This document shows positions 24,379 to 37,081 of a DNA stretch of 64,000 nt, in pieces (position 1 is the first letter of the stretch; the number at the start of each line of letters is the position of its first letter). The translations under genes and the position numbers were made by a program. The stretch is from contig NC_059435.1 in assembly GCF_021028975.2 (NCBI RefSeq), positions 19,406,001 to 19,470,000 of the forward strand, written 5' to 3'. The notes beneath the pieces were generated by a model. The model made no database searches. It was not told the DNA's origin and worked only from the letters and a program-made list of their open reading frames with translations. Origin of the DNA: Sphaerodactylus townsendi (lineage: Eukaryota).

Positions 24379-27300
24379 GGTCCCAGCCTATGTCCAAACC
24401 CATAGCCTGACCCAATTCTAACTCTGCAGGATGAAAATGAAAGTGTGGAGTTTATTTCTAGAAGAAAACAAGACTTCTGCCCTCCTAGGAGAAAAAGCAA
24501 CTTCCACACTGAGCGAGAAGACTTATCACTCTGTTTTTATTCTGTTCTTTGTTGAGTCTGGCTTGAGAAAGTACTAACAACCATTGTATCATATGTTAAT
24601 AGCAATCCCCTGGGATCCACCTCAAGGCAGAATACAGAAACAGCCAAGCAGCTGCGATCTCTGGTGGTGCACGCAACACTACAGAGTGTAAAGTTTCTAA
24701 ATGGCTGACAATACTTTGGACATTCTTTATTTAGCCAGGAAAGTCTTCCCTAGTACAAAAAGATAACCCAAAACAAATAAAATCCTGGGGAGCGGTATGA
24801 AATGGATCTAGAATTCAGGACACAGATGTTTTCCTCAGCTCAAAAGAGCTACCATGAGCAAACTAGCCAATGTGGAAGATTACTGCTACTTCACGGGAAA
24901 TGGAAATAGAGAAGGTTGCCATAAATTCTGCAATGGAAAATGCTTCTGATTATTTAAAAAAATCGAGAATAACTACTGGTTGAGTAGCCAATGCGCTGTG
25001 TCTTCCACTGGTCATGCTGATCATAATGGGAACACAAAGTCCTATTCTTTTGGCAACACCTCTATACGTTGTATATTTCTTCCACACAGTAGTTATAGCA
25101 GCAGGTCTGAATGGCTTCAGACCCTTTCAAGTAGGTTGTGGAGCCACAGCTACTGGGCATGAGAGGACTACAGAACCCTGCTGCTGGTGTAAAGACAGCA
25201 AGGCGACAAGAACTCTTTCCTCTCCCTGAATCCTCTCTGACAGGAATAGCAGGAGAGTAATGGATAGGAGAGTGATGGATAGGATTCCTTCAAGGGTCCA
25301 ACCCTTGGCTTGATCTTCACTACAATATATCTCCTGATGCTAAAAATATATTTCCTGTCCCCTTGATCTGCTGCTACGGTCCTAACAGTGACACAAACTC
25401 TGGATGCCATCACATGACTGTGATTTTCATGTATTGATGTCATGTGCTTGTAACTCAACAATCCCCTTCTGTAATTTGAGGGATAAAGGTGAGTTCCAGT
25501 TCTGGAAAGATGGTAAGCCATTGTCCCTTCTGCACCCAATATTCTTTTATAGGCGCTATTTACTTCCTACTGGAAATTGGACAGTGTGGACTTTAGATGC
25601 TCTGCAAACTAAACACCACCAACATTAACCAATGGTCTCCATTATCTTGAAAAAAGTGTTTTCACACCCTTTTAGTCTAATGAAGATTATTTGATGGGAA
25701 AGGCTAATGCCTTCTTCCTCTTCTCCAGAGTACACTGTTGGAACCAAAATGTTCCATCTGATGGACCTTTGGTCTCGCTGAACAAGCTGGTTTCTGAAAG
25801 GACAGCAAAAGATGGTTTCTGAAACAAACCCTCAAACTCTCCACCCAAAGGATGCTGAAGACTTTTTTTTTTAGAGGGGCAGTTATTTTATAAGTTGTTA
25901 TAGAGCACATCTTTTCACTCAAAACGTCCCCAGTTAAAAGGATCTAAGATAGTGGTGGGTGTTTGTAAAGAGAGCTTTCACTGACTGAAGCTCTAGGAGT
26001 TACTGCCAGTCTAAAGTCAGTAATAATAAGCTGCACCAGCGGTCTTCAACCTTTCTAGATGTCACTTCTACTTTTAACAAGAAGAGGAGGAACTGAAGCC
26101 CGTCCATCACTGTCATTCTGCCACTCTTCTTAGCATGTGGAACCCAACAGAGATGGAGAGCACCTTTGTTTCTTGGAGATGCAGAATAGTGGTCAATCCT
26201 TCTCAAAATCAACAACAAAAAAAGGCAGTTCTATAAGGGCACACAGCCCTGCAAATGGGGCTCCGCAGCCCACCTGACGGTTCTGACCCATAGGTTGCAA
26301 ACCACTGCACGAGATGGGTCAGCTTCATGAATCAGCAAAAGGCAGCCTCGTACATTCATAACTGATCACATCACACACGCTAAAACAGGATGAATCCATT
26401 TAGGACAGAGCTTTTAGCCTGGAAACAACAACCGTTATAAAAAAAATAATGATATCGAGCCAAGCAGGTCTGCAATATTATTGTGTGAGAAAGTTCCATT
26501 TTTATCCCAAGACCACTCGTGGCATTTTGAAGTGATGAGCAGGACTGGAAACACCTTGTAAATTGCTTTGCAAAGAGAATCATCTCGCTGCTAGCCTGAC
26601 GAGGGAATATGGGATTGCAACTATCATTTTCCCCCCCACGAGAGGGACAAATCATATGGCAATAAAAGGAAACCAGAGGAAGCCTTGCTTGTGAAACGGG
26701 GGTCTCGCACAACAAGACTAATGCTCTGCTGGGTCTAAATGTAAAACAAAATTGGGGTGACCATTGAGCAACGGCTCAGGAGGACTGCGATTGTCAGAAA
26801 GATTGCAAACAGCTGCATGCCTCACAGCATCTGGCAGCTTAGATCCCCAGCTGATGCACTGTCATTTCAACCATCCTAAGCCCTTCTTCTTCCTGGCTGG
26901 GATACGTTATTACAGACCGAGATGGAAATAGGCTGCAGTCGTATATATCCATTTTATATTCCCCGAGTGATATTTGAAGAGCTAATTGAAAGAGCTTCAC
27001 AAAACGATATTATGCACTGACAACCCCACTTCATCAAAAACAAGTGTTTAACTAAAAGCTTTCAACGGGCAGAAAGCTGCGGTTAACTGTGCAGTCTTAA
27101 GCAGAGTTACACCCTTGTAAGCCCACTAAAGTCAATGGACTTTGCACTATTAGCAAGCGGCAGATTTCTTACTGAAATGTTGCCGGTGGGAGGGAGACCC
27201 TACGCAAGGATAACAAACAGTTTGTGTACATTTTCCAGCTCTGGCCTGGGAAACTCCAGGAGATTTGGGGAGGTTGCAGAGGGAGTTCATCTAGAATTTA

Positions 27301-27677
27301 TGATATACTTTGCAGACTGCCCTGTGAAGCTTTCCTTTTCTACAGGGGAACTCATCTCCACAGACAGGAGATAAAGTTGCACTTACCTGTAACTGTTCAT
27401 TCAGTGTCTTCTGTGCAGGCATGCATGGGACAGTGCAGGTGCAGGCCAGCCACAGGGACCTTCAGGAAGCTTCAGCACCTCAGTAGTGCTCCCCCTCCCC
27501 CTCCCCTTCGTCCAAAGCCAAGGGATGGACTTTTTCCCGCCTAAATGATCGTGTAATGGTGGCAGGGAAAGCACTTCTTCCTTATTTCTCCAATTGCTGC
27601 TCTGGGAACATCAATGGTCAGATGCCCACAGGAGGGATGGGAGACAGGGATGCATGCCTGCACAGAAGGCTCCAGAT

Positions 27678-28013
27678 CAGTGTTTTCCAACCTTTTCGAC
27701 ATCATGGTACCCTTGACCTCACTCTTCATATCTCATGGTACCCCTGTCATCCCCCCACCACCTTCCCCTCCCAGTTCCCCTGCTTGCCACCCCCACCTTC
27801 CCCTCCCAGGGTGAAGGGAAGTATGGGGGTGGAGGGGTGGGAAGTGGCTGTTGACCTTGCAGCAGGCCCAACCCCCTGGGCCAGCTCCATATCCTTACTG
27901 GTGCCGGAGGGAGACACCGCAAAAGTGAGGGGGGCCAGTAGCATTGGCGCGGTACCCCTGGGACATGCTCACGGCACCCCAGGGTACCACGGAACCCTGG
28001 TTGAGAATCGCTG
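27678..28013. mobile_element. hAT-Charlie-like MITE inserted in the DIRS ICR
   Basis: cagtgttttccaacc...ggttgagaatcgctg with perfect TSD ctccagat. Second copy at 38559-38893. Confidence 0.9.
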
Positions 28014-28723
28014 CTCCAGATGAACGATATGTATAGCTAAGTTCATCATTATGTCTTCAGGGAAGTCTCACATGGGGCAGTAGCAAGCAGACTTTCTTGG
28101 AGGTGGGTGTGGCACTGGTCAGCAAAAAATTAACTGTAAAACTGCTCTCCCAACAGCTGCTTCGTTCCTTGAATTGACATTTTTCAAGTAGCCCTTCATG
28201 AAAATTGAAGGAGTGGACTACGTTGCTGCTTTCTAGAGGTCTTGAAGGTCTATCCGGCCAGAAACGCTGCAGATTAAACCTGTGTTTAGATACAAAGGGA
28301 AAAGGGCACTCCTATGTCCTATGGATACCTTGTACTGTGCATCTCAGGAGCAGAAAAGTGAGCACTTGACATTTGTCTATGTTGCAAATGGAGCTATAAT
28401 AGGAAACTCCCACTCTTGGAATATGGACTGAAGATATTTGCAGGTCAGAAAACACCCATGTTCTGTTACTGTGTCCCTGTTTAGAGCATCTGCTAGCACT
28501 TTGTCCAGTCCCAATATATGTACGGCTGATAGGGTGATAATGTGCTGAATGGCCCACAGCCACAGTCTTGTTGCACTGCTGCAAAGGGTTAGAGAACCTC
28601 TGTCGCCTTGCTTGTTGACACAGAACATTTCGGTCATACTGTCTGTGGCAACCAGCAGGTATTTTTCTGACAGCAAATCTGAAAAAGAAGTAAGGATATA
28701 CCAAATCATTTACAATTTACATC

Positions 28724-29007
28724 GCCACAGGAGGTGGTGATGGCCACTAACCTGGATAGCTTTTAAAAGGGCTTGGACAGATTTATGGAGGAGAAGTCAA
28801 TCTATGGCTACCAATCTTGATCCTCCTTGATCTCAGATTGCAAATGCCTTAGCAGACCAGGTGCTCAGGAGCAGCAGCAGCAGAAGGCCATTGCTTTCAC
28901 CTCCTGCATGTGACTTCCCAAAGGCACCTAGTGGGCCACTGTGAGTAGCAGAGTGCTGGACTAGATGGACTCTGGTCTGATCAAGCAGGCTAGTTCTTAT
29001 GTTCTTA
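28724..29007 (+). mobile_element. CR1 3' fragment inserted in the DIRS
   Basis: Reverse complement of 19228-19520, ending gttcttatgttctta. Confidence 0.9.
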
Positions 29008-29865
29008 CAATTCCAATGGATTAATATGCATATTGGCTTCCCTGTTTGATCATAACCCTTAGGTCAAATAAGAGCTAATTTGTGCTCCCTATTTTGACAG
29101 TGAAGCACTCGTGTAAAATATTAGGTCATCTGGAATAGTACCCAAAGCCACAACTTTCAATAAATTTGAGTCTAGGGACCACCGATAAAAAGATCTAAGG
29201 ATAGACCTTGGTACAGTTGTCTTCTGCCACTATGGATCCACAGTAATGGTGAAATTCCTAATGAACCAATTCTGCAATTTTCTCATATGTAATCATGCAT
29301 ATGGTACAACCGCAGTAGTGGGTGCCATAAGTCCTAATAGTTTCTGTATGCAAATGGATTTTTAGAACTTTTGTTTAGTAAAGAAACGTGTTCATTTTTG
29401 TGGCCATTGGTGAAGGAAGATATGGTGTGTTGAACCTGGCTTTCAGCATGGCTCCAATGAAGTTAATATTTCGACCCGGTTGCAACTGAGACTTCTCCTG
29501 ATTTACTTACAGGCCTCAAGTCATTGTAAACTTTCATGGCCAGTCGTAACAGAAAAATCAACAAAGCCCAAGAGCTGCCTACAAACAGCCAATTATCTAG
29601 GTCTAGGTAGATGTATAATGTTGAAGCCTCAGGTGGGCCATCACGGCCAAGGGACGTTTTGTGAACACACAAGAGCCATGGCAAACCCAAAGGGCCATGT
29701 AGTGTACTTGTAAAGGCATCCATAATACTCAAACCTCAAAAACTTCCTATCCAGTTCATGAATACTGATATGGAAGTATGCATCCTTCAACTCTTAACAC
29801 AACAAATCTGGAATTTGAAGGAAGTAGCAGTAAGACTTCTTGTAAGGATAACATCCTAAGGAATG

Positions 29866-30017
29866 TATTGTCGAAGGCTTTCACGGCCGGAATCACTGAC
29901 GTTTCGCCTGAATCTGTGGCTGGCATCCTCTGAAGATGCCAGCCACAGATGCAGGCGAAACGTCAGGAGAGAATGCTGCTAGAACACGGCCATACAGCCC
30001 GGAAACCACACAGCACC
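29866..30017. mobile_element. Penelope-like terminal fragment with inverted structure, inserted in the DIRS
   Basis: tattgtcgaaggctttcacggccgg...cacagcacc, with TSD catcctaaggaatg/catcctaagggatg (29852-29865, 30018-30031). Confidence 0.85.
29926..29968 (+). ncRNA. Minimal type I hammerhead ribozyme motif with intact core
   Basis: UCCU-CUGAAGA-U-GCC(...)GGC-GAAA-C-GUC-AGGA: stem I UCCU/AGGA, stem II GCC/GGC, GUC cleavage triplet. Confidence 0.8.
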
Positions 30018-30443
30018 CATCCTAAGGGATGCTTAGGAGTGTTGACTGATTTGTTAAGCTTTCTCTAGTCCACGATGGGCCTTTTGCCACCTAGGATAGA
30101 AACCTATCTCAATCTTTTTAACTGAAGGCTAAATAAACACAGACCTGCCCCAAATTCCTTCTGCTACATTTCTAATGTCTTTCATCACCAAATCAGGGAA
30201 CTACATACACTCATTATCAGGTCCAATGCTTTTGGATACGGGGTGGACAGTCAAGGTTCAAGGCCCTTGGCTTTGAATGGAGAGGAGGGGGAGCTCTCCT
30301 GAGGCACAGAAGCTTCTAGAAGTTTGTCATCAGTGCCCTCAGGCTGGTCTATGCCTGCACAGTCCCATGTGCGACTGTACTGAAGACACAATGATGAATG
30401 ATTGTAACTCCAGGAAAACTCCAAGCCCCACCTGAAAGTTGGC

Positions 30444-30580
30444 NNNNNNNNNNNNNNNNNNNNNNNNNNNNNNNNNNNNNNNNNNNNNNNNNNNNNNNNN
30501 NNNNNNNNNNNNNNNNNNNNNNNNNNNNNNNNNNNNNNNNNNNNNNNNNNNNNNNNNNNNNNNNNNNNNNNNNNNNNNNN
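30444..30580. other. Assembly gap (137 N)
   Basis: Run of n characters. Confidence 1.
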
Positions 30581-31041
30581 CACATTGGGACCCTGAAATT
30601 CTCTTCTCTCCTATTTTGCTCTTGTACGTTTTCTTCATATCAAAAAACATGACATCTAGGACTTGTTTCCAAGGTTAGATGGGAGAAAGAAGGAAAAGGA
30701 ATAGCATCAGGGAGTAACTGACAGGATGGGGAAAGACTTGGTATGAATATAACGTTAGCATGGCCACAAATATGGAACTACTCAGTGAAGAAATTATATT
30801 TCAGCTGGAGTCAGTCCTGTCAGTTAAGAGATTTCAGACATGAACTGGCAATTACAGAGTCTGAAATAAGCTGCTCACACCCCTGCCTTGGTGTTACCTT
30901 GCTGCCCATACCCAGGAATCAGAGCAGATAACTCTCGTCATTCCATATGTACATTAAACACAACATGGCAAGAAGCACAGGTACAAAAGGGCCCCCAGTA
31001 ATCTTGGGAGAATGTGATGAGCATTCAGGAAGCCCTAAAGG

Positions 31042-31434
31042 CAGTGGTGGGATCCAAAAATTTTAGTAACAGGTTCCCATGGTGGTGGGATTCAAACTGT
31101 GGTGTAGCGCCAATGAGGCTGGGCAGGGCACAACGGGGGTGTGGCCAGGCATTCCGGGGGCGGGGCATTCCTGGGCGGCGCTGTGGCAAGGACGCAGCCG
31201 CTGCACCGGTCCTTTGAGACAGGAAACGAATGCACGCAGGCGCAGGCTGCCACGCACGCTGGTGCACCTCCTGCTAGACTGCTTCAAGTTCTGCGCGCTA
31301 CTGCTGAGAGGAGGGCATAACTAAGGCAAAAACCATGTGGCAAAATCACCAATTCATAACCCCCTCTCGGCACACACAAATAATTAGTAACCTACTCTCG
31401 GGAACCTGTGAGAACCTGCTGGATCCCACCTCTG
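31042..31434 (-). mobile_element. Non-autonomous hAT element, ~390-bp variant, inverted
   Basis: Both TIRs present; perfect TSD cctaaagg. Confidence 0.92.
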
Positions 31435-32744
31435 CCTAAAGGGCTGTGATGTTTGCAACTGCTTGTGAATAGGATCCACCTCAAGGCAGAATGAAGATTA
31501 GCTCCTCAGAGGCTGACAGCAGTAGGGAGGAAGGGCTGGGGCAGAGGAGCCTCTGCCCCACACTTTGTTGAGCCTGCCCTGGTTCCATGCCACATTTTGC
31601 ATCACCCAATTTCTATTACAGTTTTCACTAAGCTTTCCCCAGTTTAGGGAAACTGGAACCAAGACAGCATTTCATATGAAAAATGGAACGTATTCCATCA
31701 TATCAAGGACTAATTAGAGCAAACACAGTTGCTAATTACTAGCACATTTCAAGAGTTAAACAGTGCTAGAATTGGATACTTTTCTCGTATGACACTATTC
31801 AGAGTTGTCATGTGCAGGGACACAGATGTTAAAAATATTGACTTTTTAAAACTCTCAACATCTGTTAAGAAGCCAGTTCCAAAGGTTTGCCTAATCCTCT
31901 ATGATTTAACGACATTCTGACATTCTTAAAGTACCATAGCAAAGCTGACATCTTTTCACAATTCTAATTTAAAACTTTTCTGAATGCTGAGGTTCATACT
32001 CACACAATTTTAAATAGTCTCTAGAAAACAGACCAGTTCTCTTCTGAGTTTCTTACTGTGGAATCCTTTACAGAGTTTTTTCCGGTCTAGCCCCATTAAA
32101 GTAGAATGGAAGAATTGTGGATAGACTTGTACCGTTAAATTTTTAAAAAGACCTTTACTGCGACATGTTCTACATAATTTGATTAGTTCATTTGAATTTT
32201 TTTTTACCATCTCAAAACTGGAGGAAATAAATGTCTTCCTAGAAGATGACAATCTTCAAACACTATATCATGTTTCAGGAAGCAAAAGATAGTGTGCACT
32301 GAATCATATCTTTGGGGATTTTAACTACATTTCTTCTACAGTTCTTTTCCAAAAGGCGCAAGACTAACTCATTACTTTGTCTGGTCACAAACTCATTGAA
32401 CCTCAGTATAGCCATCTGGTAAAAGAATGCAGAGACATTTTAATCTAGGTCAGAGGAAGCATCTATCTGAACCGCAGACAAGAAACCTGCACATTCTCCT
32501 GCAAATTACTGCACCATGCTCAGGCAGTACACACAGCGCAACTTTGGAAAATATGTTCTGCTTCCAAAGTAATTATGTCTTCTTCTCACCTTCAGAATCT
32601 ATCGACATTCATTTTTATACCAATATGATCTGATAGGATGTTCTTCTCTATGGCCATTTATGTATGCAGCAGGTTGCTTTGTAATAGGGTTTTCCCTTTT
32701 TTTGTTTACACAGGGATTCTCCTCTTGCAAAGCATCACTAGGTG

Positions 32745-33516
32745 GAATTCCGAATCATCTTCAAGGTGTGGGTTTTGACCTTTAAGGCCTGACATTACGT
32801 CTGACCTGGGACCTCTCGCACCTGAGAGAGACCGTGACACCCCATATAAGAGCCTCCTACTCTCGGCTCCTAAGTCATGCTCAGCAGAGGCCAATGGCCC
32901 TGCTGGTGGTCTCCTTGGTCCTCTCCATGATGCGGTTGGTTTCTTCTCACACGGGCCAGGACCTTTACGGCCCTGGCCCCGGCCTGGTGGAACACTCTCC
33001 CTCCAGCTGTCCGGGCCCTGCGGGACCTTGGTGAGTTCTGCAGGGCCTGTAAGACTGAGTTGTTCCGCCGGGCCTTTGGAGTGTCCAGTCACTGAGTGGT
33101 GCCCCCCCTTATGCTTTATGCATTTATTTACCATCTTAATTTTGGTTCCATCTATGTTACCCTCCTAGAGAGGAGTCTGGCCTCTCCTTCTTTTTGGGGG
33201 AGATTTAATGGACTGGGTTATAGGACGCCTCATTGTTATGCTAACCACTGTTTTAATAGATTTTAATGGATTTTAGCTATTCTATTGGTTGTTGTGTGGT
33301 CACTATTGTAGACCCTTATTTATTTGTGTGCGTGTGTGTATATATATATACATATATACATACATATATATATATATTGATGTTGGGCACTGCCCAGAGC
33401 CCCTTGGGGATGGGGCGTTCTATAAATTGAATGAATGAATGAATGAATGAATGAATGAATGAATGAATGAATGAATGAATGAATGAATGAATGAATGAAT
33501 GAATGAATGAATGAAT
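32745..33516 (+). mobile_element. L2 LINE 3' end with (TGAA)n tail (33428-33516)
   Basis: aaggtgtgggttttgacctttaaggcc...gcctggtggaacactctccc...gcctgtaagactgagttgttcc, then a 3' stem gcccagagccc...ggggcg and the microsatellite tail. Confidence 0.8.
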
Positions 33517-35331
33517 AGGTGAACCGCCATTTTGTCTACCCTCCCACCACTTCCATTCGGGGAGCTTACCTATCACTTGTGCGTGTGTGTGTACCATCTC
33601 TGGTCCAGCATTACTTCACTAGACCATGTCAATTTCACAATTTCAGCATTTTTTTTAAAAAAAGAGCATTTCTGTTCATTTTGAAATGGTAGCCCAAAGA
33701 GTGGGAGAAACATCTGTTGTGGGGGTGGGGGAAAGTGAGGAGGAGAGAGAAAACTTGAAGAAACTTTAACACACCGTGATCTCCTTCAATTTCCCTGGAA
33801 AGAGAGAGAAGTTGTCCTTGAACAAGTTTCAGAAACTGCGGGGATCCTCTGATCTGAGAGTACAGTGAGTTTCGAAGAGGGGAAAATGCAAACGTAACCA
33901 AGAATCCAACCCGATGGGAATGTATACTCAATGCGAAGGAGACCCAAGTGCGTAAATGGCCTGTAGTTTCCCTGCAACTTTCTCACCTGCCCTTGAAATG
34001 GAAACAACCTCCACAGACAACATTCCAGGTGCACATACTTAATTTATTGAACAATTCTATGGCTGATTATGCTGTGCAATGGGGGTGAATGTCTGTTGCT
34101 GCAAGATTACTTGTATGGATGCATTTCCTCAAGTCCCATTTTTATTTTTCATTCTCTCTGCGGCAAGCAACACCACTTCTAGCATGACTTTTAATTTGCT
34201 TCACTGCCAATGAAGTGGGCAGATTTGCTAGTAAGCACAGCTTTGCCCCAAAGATTTTCCCTCCCCCTACAACCAACCTATCTAGTCCCACCCTTCCCAT
34301 TCCCGCACATTGCTGTCCACACCTTCCCCCTCTTCCCCCCTTTTCATGTTGCAAGCTCTTTCCTGTTTCTCTAAATGCTCACATTGAGATATTGATGTCT
34401 CAATATAATACCGGTAACAGAAAGTTGGCTTTTCCAAGGAAAAGTACAAGTAGAGTCTTTTTTTTTTACTCCACCCCACCTCCTGTCTCTACATCCACCT
34501 TCCCTGAGGACCGGGAAGACTGTTTAAAAATTTATTTCAAACAAGCCTTTTTTAAAAAAACAAGCCTCTCTCTTTTCCTACGACAGCAACAGCAGCTGTG
34601 GGGGTGGGGGAAGAGAAGAGAGGAGGAGGAGAGAACTGGAATCTTTAGGCTATCACCTACTCACTGTTCCTCCAGCTGGATCTCTGGGCATTTATCAGAA
34701 CCTCCAATCATAGCCCCACCCTCTGGAAAAGGCTCCCAGAGGAGGTGAGGGGGGCATTGCCTCTGGATACTGTAAGGAGCAAAACTGCAAGCAAAATTTC
34801 ATTTACTGTGCTTTTTTAATGCATCAATCATTTGCAGAGAGGAGATTATTTGGTTTTTACTGTACCATGTATGTTTTAAATATAAGTTTGAAAACCATCT
34901 TGAGCCACAAAGAAAAGGCCCGGTATGAATATTTTAATGAATAGGTAGAAATATAGCTGTTCCTTGCTATTTGGCACTTCACATGCGTTACAAAACGCAT
35001 TCCTCTATGCAGCAAAGTTGGTATATTGCACAGGTCTTTTACAGTTGGTGACAACTGAGAAACAATTTTAAACTCTCTACATTTAACCATCTCCTCCCAA
35101 GAGCATACCCAAAATATTGTTATGTGATCCAAATCTGCTGCCAGCGCAGTCTGTTTCACAGATGGTCCACCACATCAATCATACGGAAAAGTTCTCATTC
35201 TACCTAGAATGGTTTGGACATGGCATCACCTAAAAACTTTGCTGGCAATTACAGTGCCTGCAATGCTCATTAGGAATTGCACTCGAGTGATAACTCAGAG
35301 AATTTTCAATAATCTTTTAAAAGAACTAATT

Positions 35332-35662
35332 CAGTGGTTCTCAACCTGTGGGTCATGACCCCCTTTGGGGGTCGAATGACCCTTTCACAGGGGCCACCTA
35401 AGACTCTCTGCATCAGTGTTCTCCATCTGTAAAATGGATAAATGTTAGGGTTGGGGGTCACCACAACATGAGGAACTGTGTTAAAGGGTCGCGGTCAGTG
35501 GTGGGATTCAGCAGGTTCGCACCACTTCTGCAGAACCAGTTGTTAAAATGGTGCTTGTAAACAACCAGTTGTTAAATTATTTGAATCCCACCACCAGAAC
35601 CAGTTGTTAAATTATTTGAATCTCACCACTGGTCATGGTATTAGGAAGGTTGAGAACCACTG
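35332..35662. mobile_element. SPIN/URR1-like non-autonomous hAT-Charlie element
   Basis: cagtggttctcaacctgtgggtc...gggggtcaccacaacatgaggaactg...attaggaaggttgagaaccactg resembles recalled URR1/SPIN_NA ends. Perfect TSD aactaatt. Confidence 0.8.
35496..35631. mobile_element. hAT MITE nested in the SPIN-like element
   Basis: TIR cagtggtgggattca / tgaatctcaccactg, with TSD gtcgcggt/gtcatggt. Confidence 0.85.
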
Positions 35663-35872
35663 AACTAATTGGACTCACCCTGAATAGATCATAGCTCCAC
35701 TAGTGAACAGAGTCAGGAATCGAAGTCCTAAACACAGGGCTCCCCCGTTGATGATCAGAAAAGAACTCCTGAGAAAGCAATCAGGCTTAGCTATTTTGTG
35801 AGCATGGAAGATCCACATGGCTATTTTGCTTTGGTGTCCAAAGTATAGTAGTGTTTTTCAGAGGATTCACAC

Positions 35873-36130
35873 CAGAGGCGTAGCTGGGACAGAGTGCGCC
35901 CGGTGCGCACTCTGGCTTTTTCACCCCCCACCCCGCGGCGGCGCCCCCCTCCACTCCCACTCCCACTCCCACTCCCACTTACTTTAGAAAACAGAGCAGG
36001 CTGGAGAACAGGCCTTCCTGTTCTGGTGGGAACTACATTTCCCAGGAGATCCTTGCGCCCCCCCATGTGACCCAAATTCGTGCTCCCGGTGCGTCGCGCA
36101 CCCCCCCACCCCCTGGGAGCTTCATTGCTG
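35873..36130. mobile_element. hAT (Tip100-like) MITE
   Basis: cagaggcgtagc...gcttcattgctg, with perfect TSD attcacac. Confidence 0.75.
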
Positions 36131-36785
36131 ATTCACACACAATTAATCATCTCCTGTCTGGGCTTTTTCTCCTGCTTTGCTATGACCTTTCCTGAAAGAC
36201 TGCAGTTAAAGTGGGTTCCCATGCCACGTGGAGTGGGAAGTGTGCATTTTTTAACAACTCGCCTAGGTCTGCACCATTTTATCCATGCACACCTGTCATT
36301 CCCCGTGCCATTGGAGAGCTTTCTTTTAAAACAGTTGCCATATATAGTGGCTATTTTTTAAAAAAAACAAAATCTATGAAAAGCCCTCTGGTGCCATTTC
36401 CACCCAGTACCACCAGAGGGCTTTTTTGTTGACTCTTTAAAAAGATTAGCTTTTCAAAGCTATCCAGTGGGTCAGAGACAGGGATGCGCACAGGGATGAA
36501 CAAGGAAAACTCAAAGAATATCCCCATATGGGCTCTCTGTTGCATCTGTGAATTCATGTTTGGCATTCAAAGGGAACCGCAGTTGTAGTGACAGTTTTTG
36601 TACAATGGAGAATCATCACCAAATTGATGCAGTTCTAGTTAGATACTGCCAGAGGATGAAGAATGTTGCACTTCTTTTACCTTCTTGGCTCACAGGAACA
36701 CACAAAAACTGCTCAGGAATGTATTCATTTAGTTAAAAACTTATGCCCTCCTTTTTGATTAAATAAAATACTGAGGAACATATAT

Positions 36786-36998
36786 CCTGTTTCCCCGAAT
36801 ATAAGACATCCCCTGAAAATAAGACGTAGTAGAGATATAAGGCACCCCCCAAAAGTAAGACGTAGCAAAGTTTTTGTTTGGAAGCATGCCCAACGAACAG
36901 AACACAGAAAAATAAGACATCCCCTGAAAATAAAACATAGCGCATCTTTGGGAGCAAAAATTAATATAAGACACTGTCTTATTTTCGAGGAAACATGG
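36786..36998. mobile_element. Tc1/mariner-superfamily (Tc2-like) MITE
   Basis: TIR cctgtttccccgaatataagaca / tgtcttattttcgaggaaacatgg in TA context, with internal aaaataagac subrepeats. Confidence 0.75.
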
Positions 36999-37038
36999 TA
37001 ATAAGTTAAAATCATAGCACAGAACAAAATACAAAAGA

Positions 37039-37081
37039 TCCTCTGAAGATGCCAGCCACAGATGAAGGCGAAACGTCAGGA
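37039..37081 (+). ncRNA. Minimal type I hammerhead ribozyme motif with intact core
   Basis: UCCU-CUGAAGA(37043-37049)-U-GCC..GGC-GAAA(37070-37073)-C-GUC(37075-37077)-AGGA. Confidence 0.8.

Larger units (their letters stand above)
27373..30398 (-). mobile_element. Internally deleted DIRS (tyrosine-recombinase) retrotransposon with ITRs and ICR
   Basis: RNase H region (LVATDS..MFCVNKQG...AVHILGLDKVLADAL, ~28480-28660), RT region (YLD.DNWL, ~29590-29620) and YR C-terminus (KAAT*STPSIFMKGY...EAAVGRAVL, ~28130-28270). Inverted termini at ~27395-27450 and 30342-30398; ICR at ~27645-28085. Confidence 0.85.

Noticed and set aside
24850-25950. Possible decayed Gypsy integrase or processed pseudogene (minus strand CWWCLVCRASK)
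   Set aside because: Only a faint motif among many stops and frameshifts; cannot be supported without tBLASTn.
30251-30678. ORFs containing X runs
   Set aside because: Artefacts of the N gap.
24613-31492. Exact 21-mer ggatccacctcaaggcagaat at 24613-24633 and 31472-31492
   Set aside because: The flanks do not extend the match; most likely a remnant of an old repeat, with no evidence that it bounds a single element.
34215-34748. 177-aa Pro-rich ORF
   Set aside because: Low-complexity purine/pyrimidine tracts with no recognisable domain or exon context.
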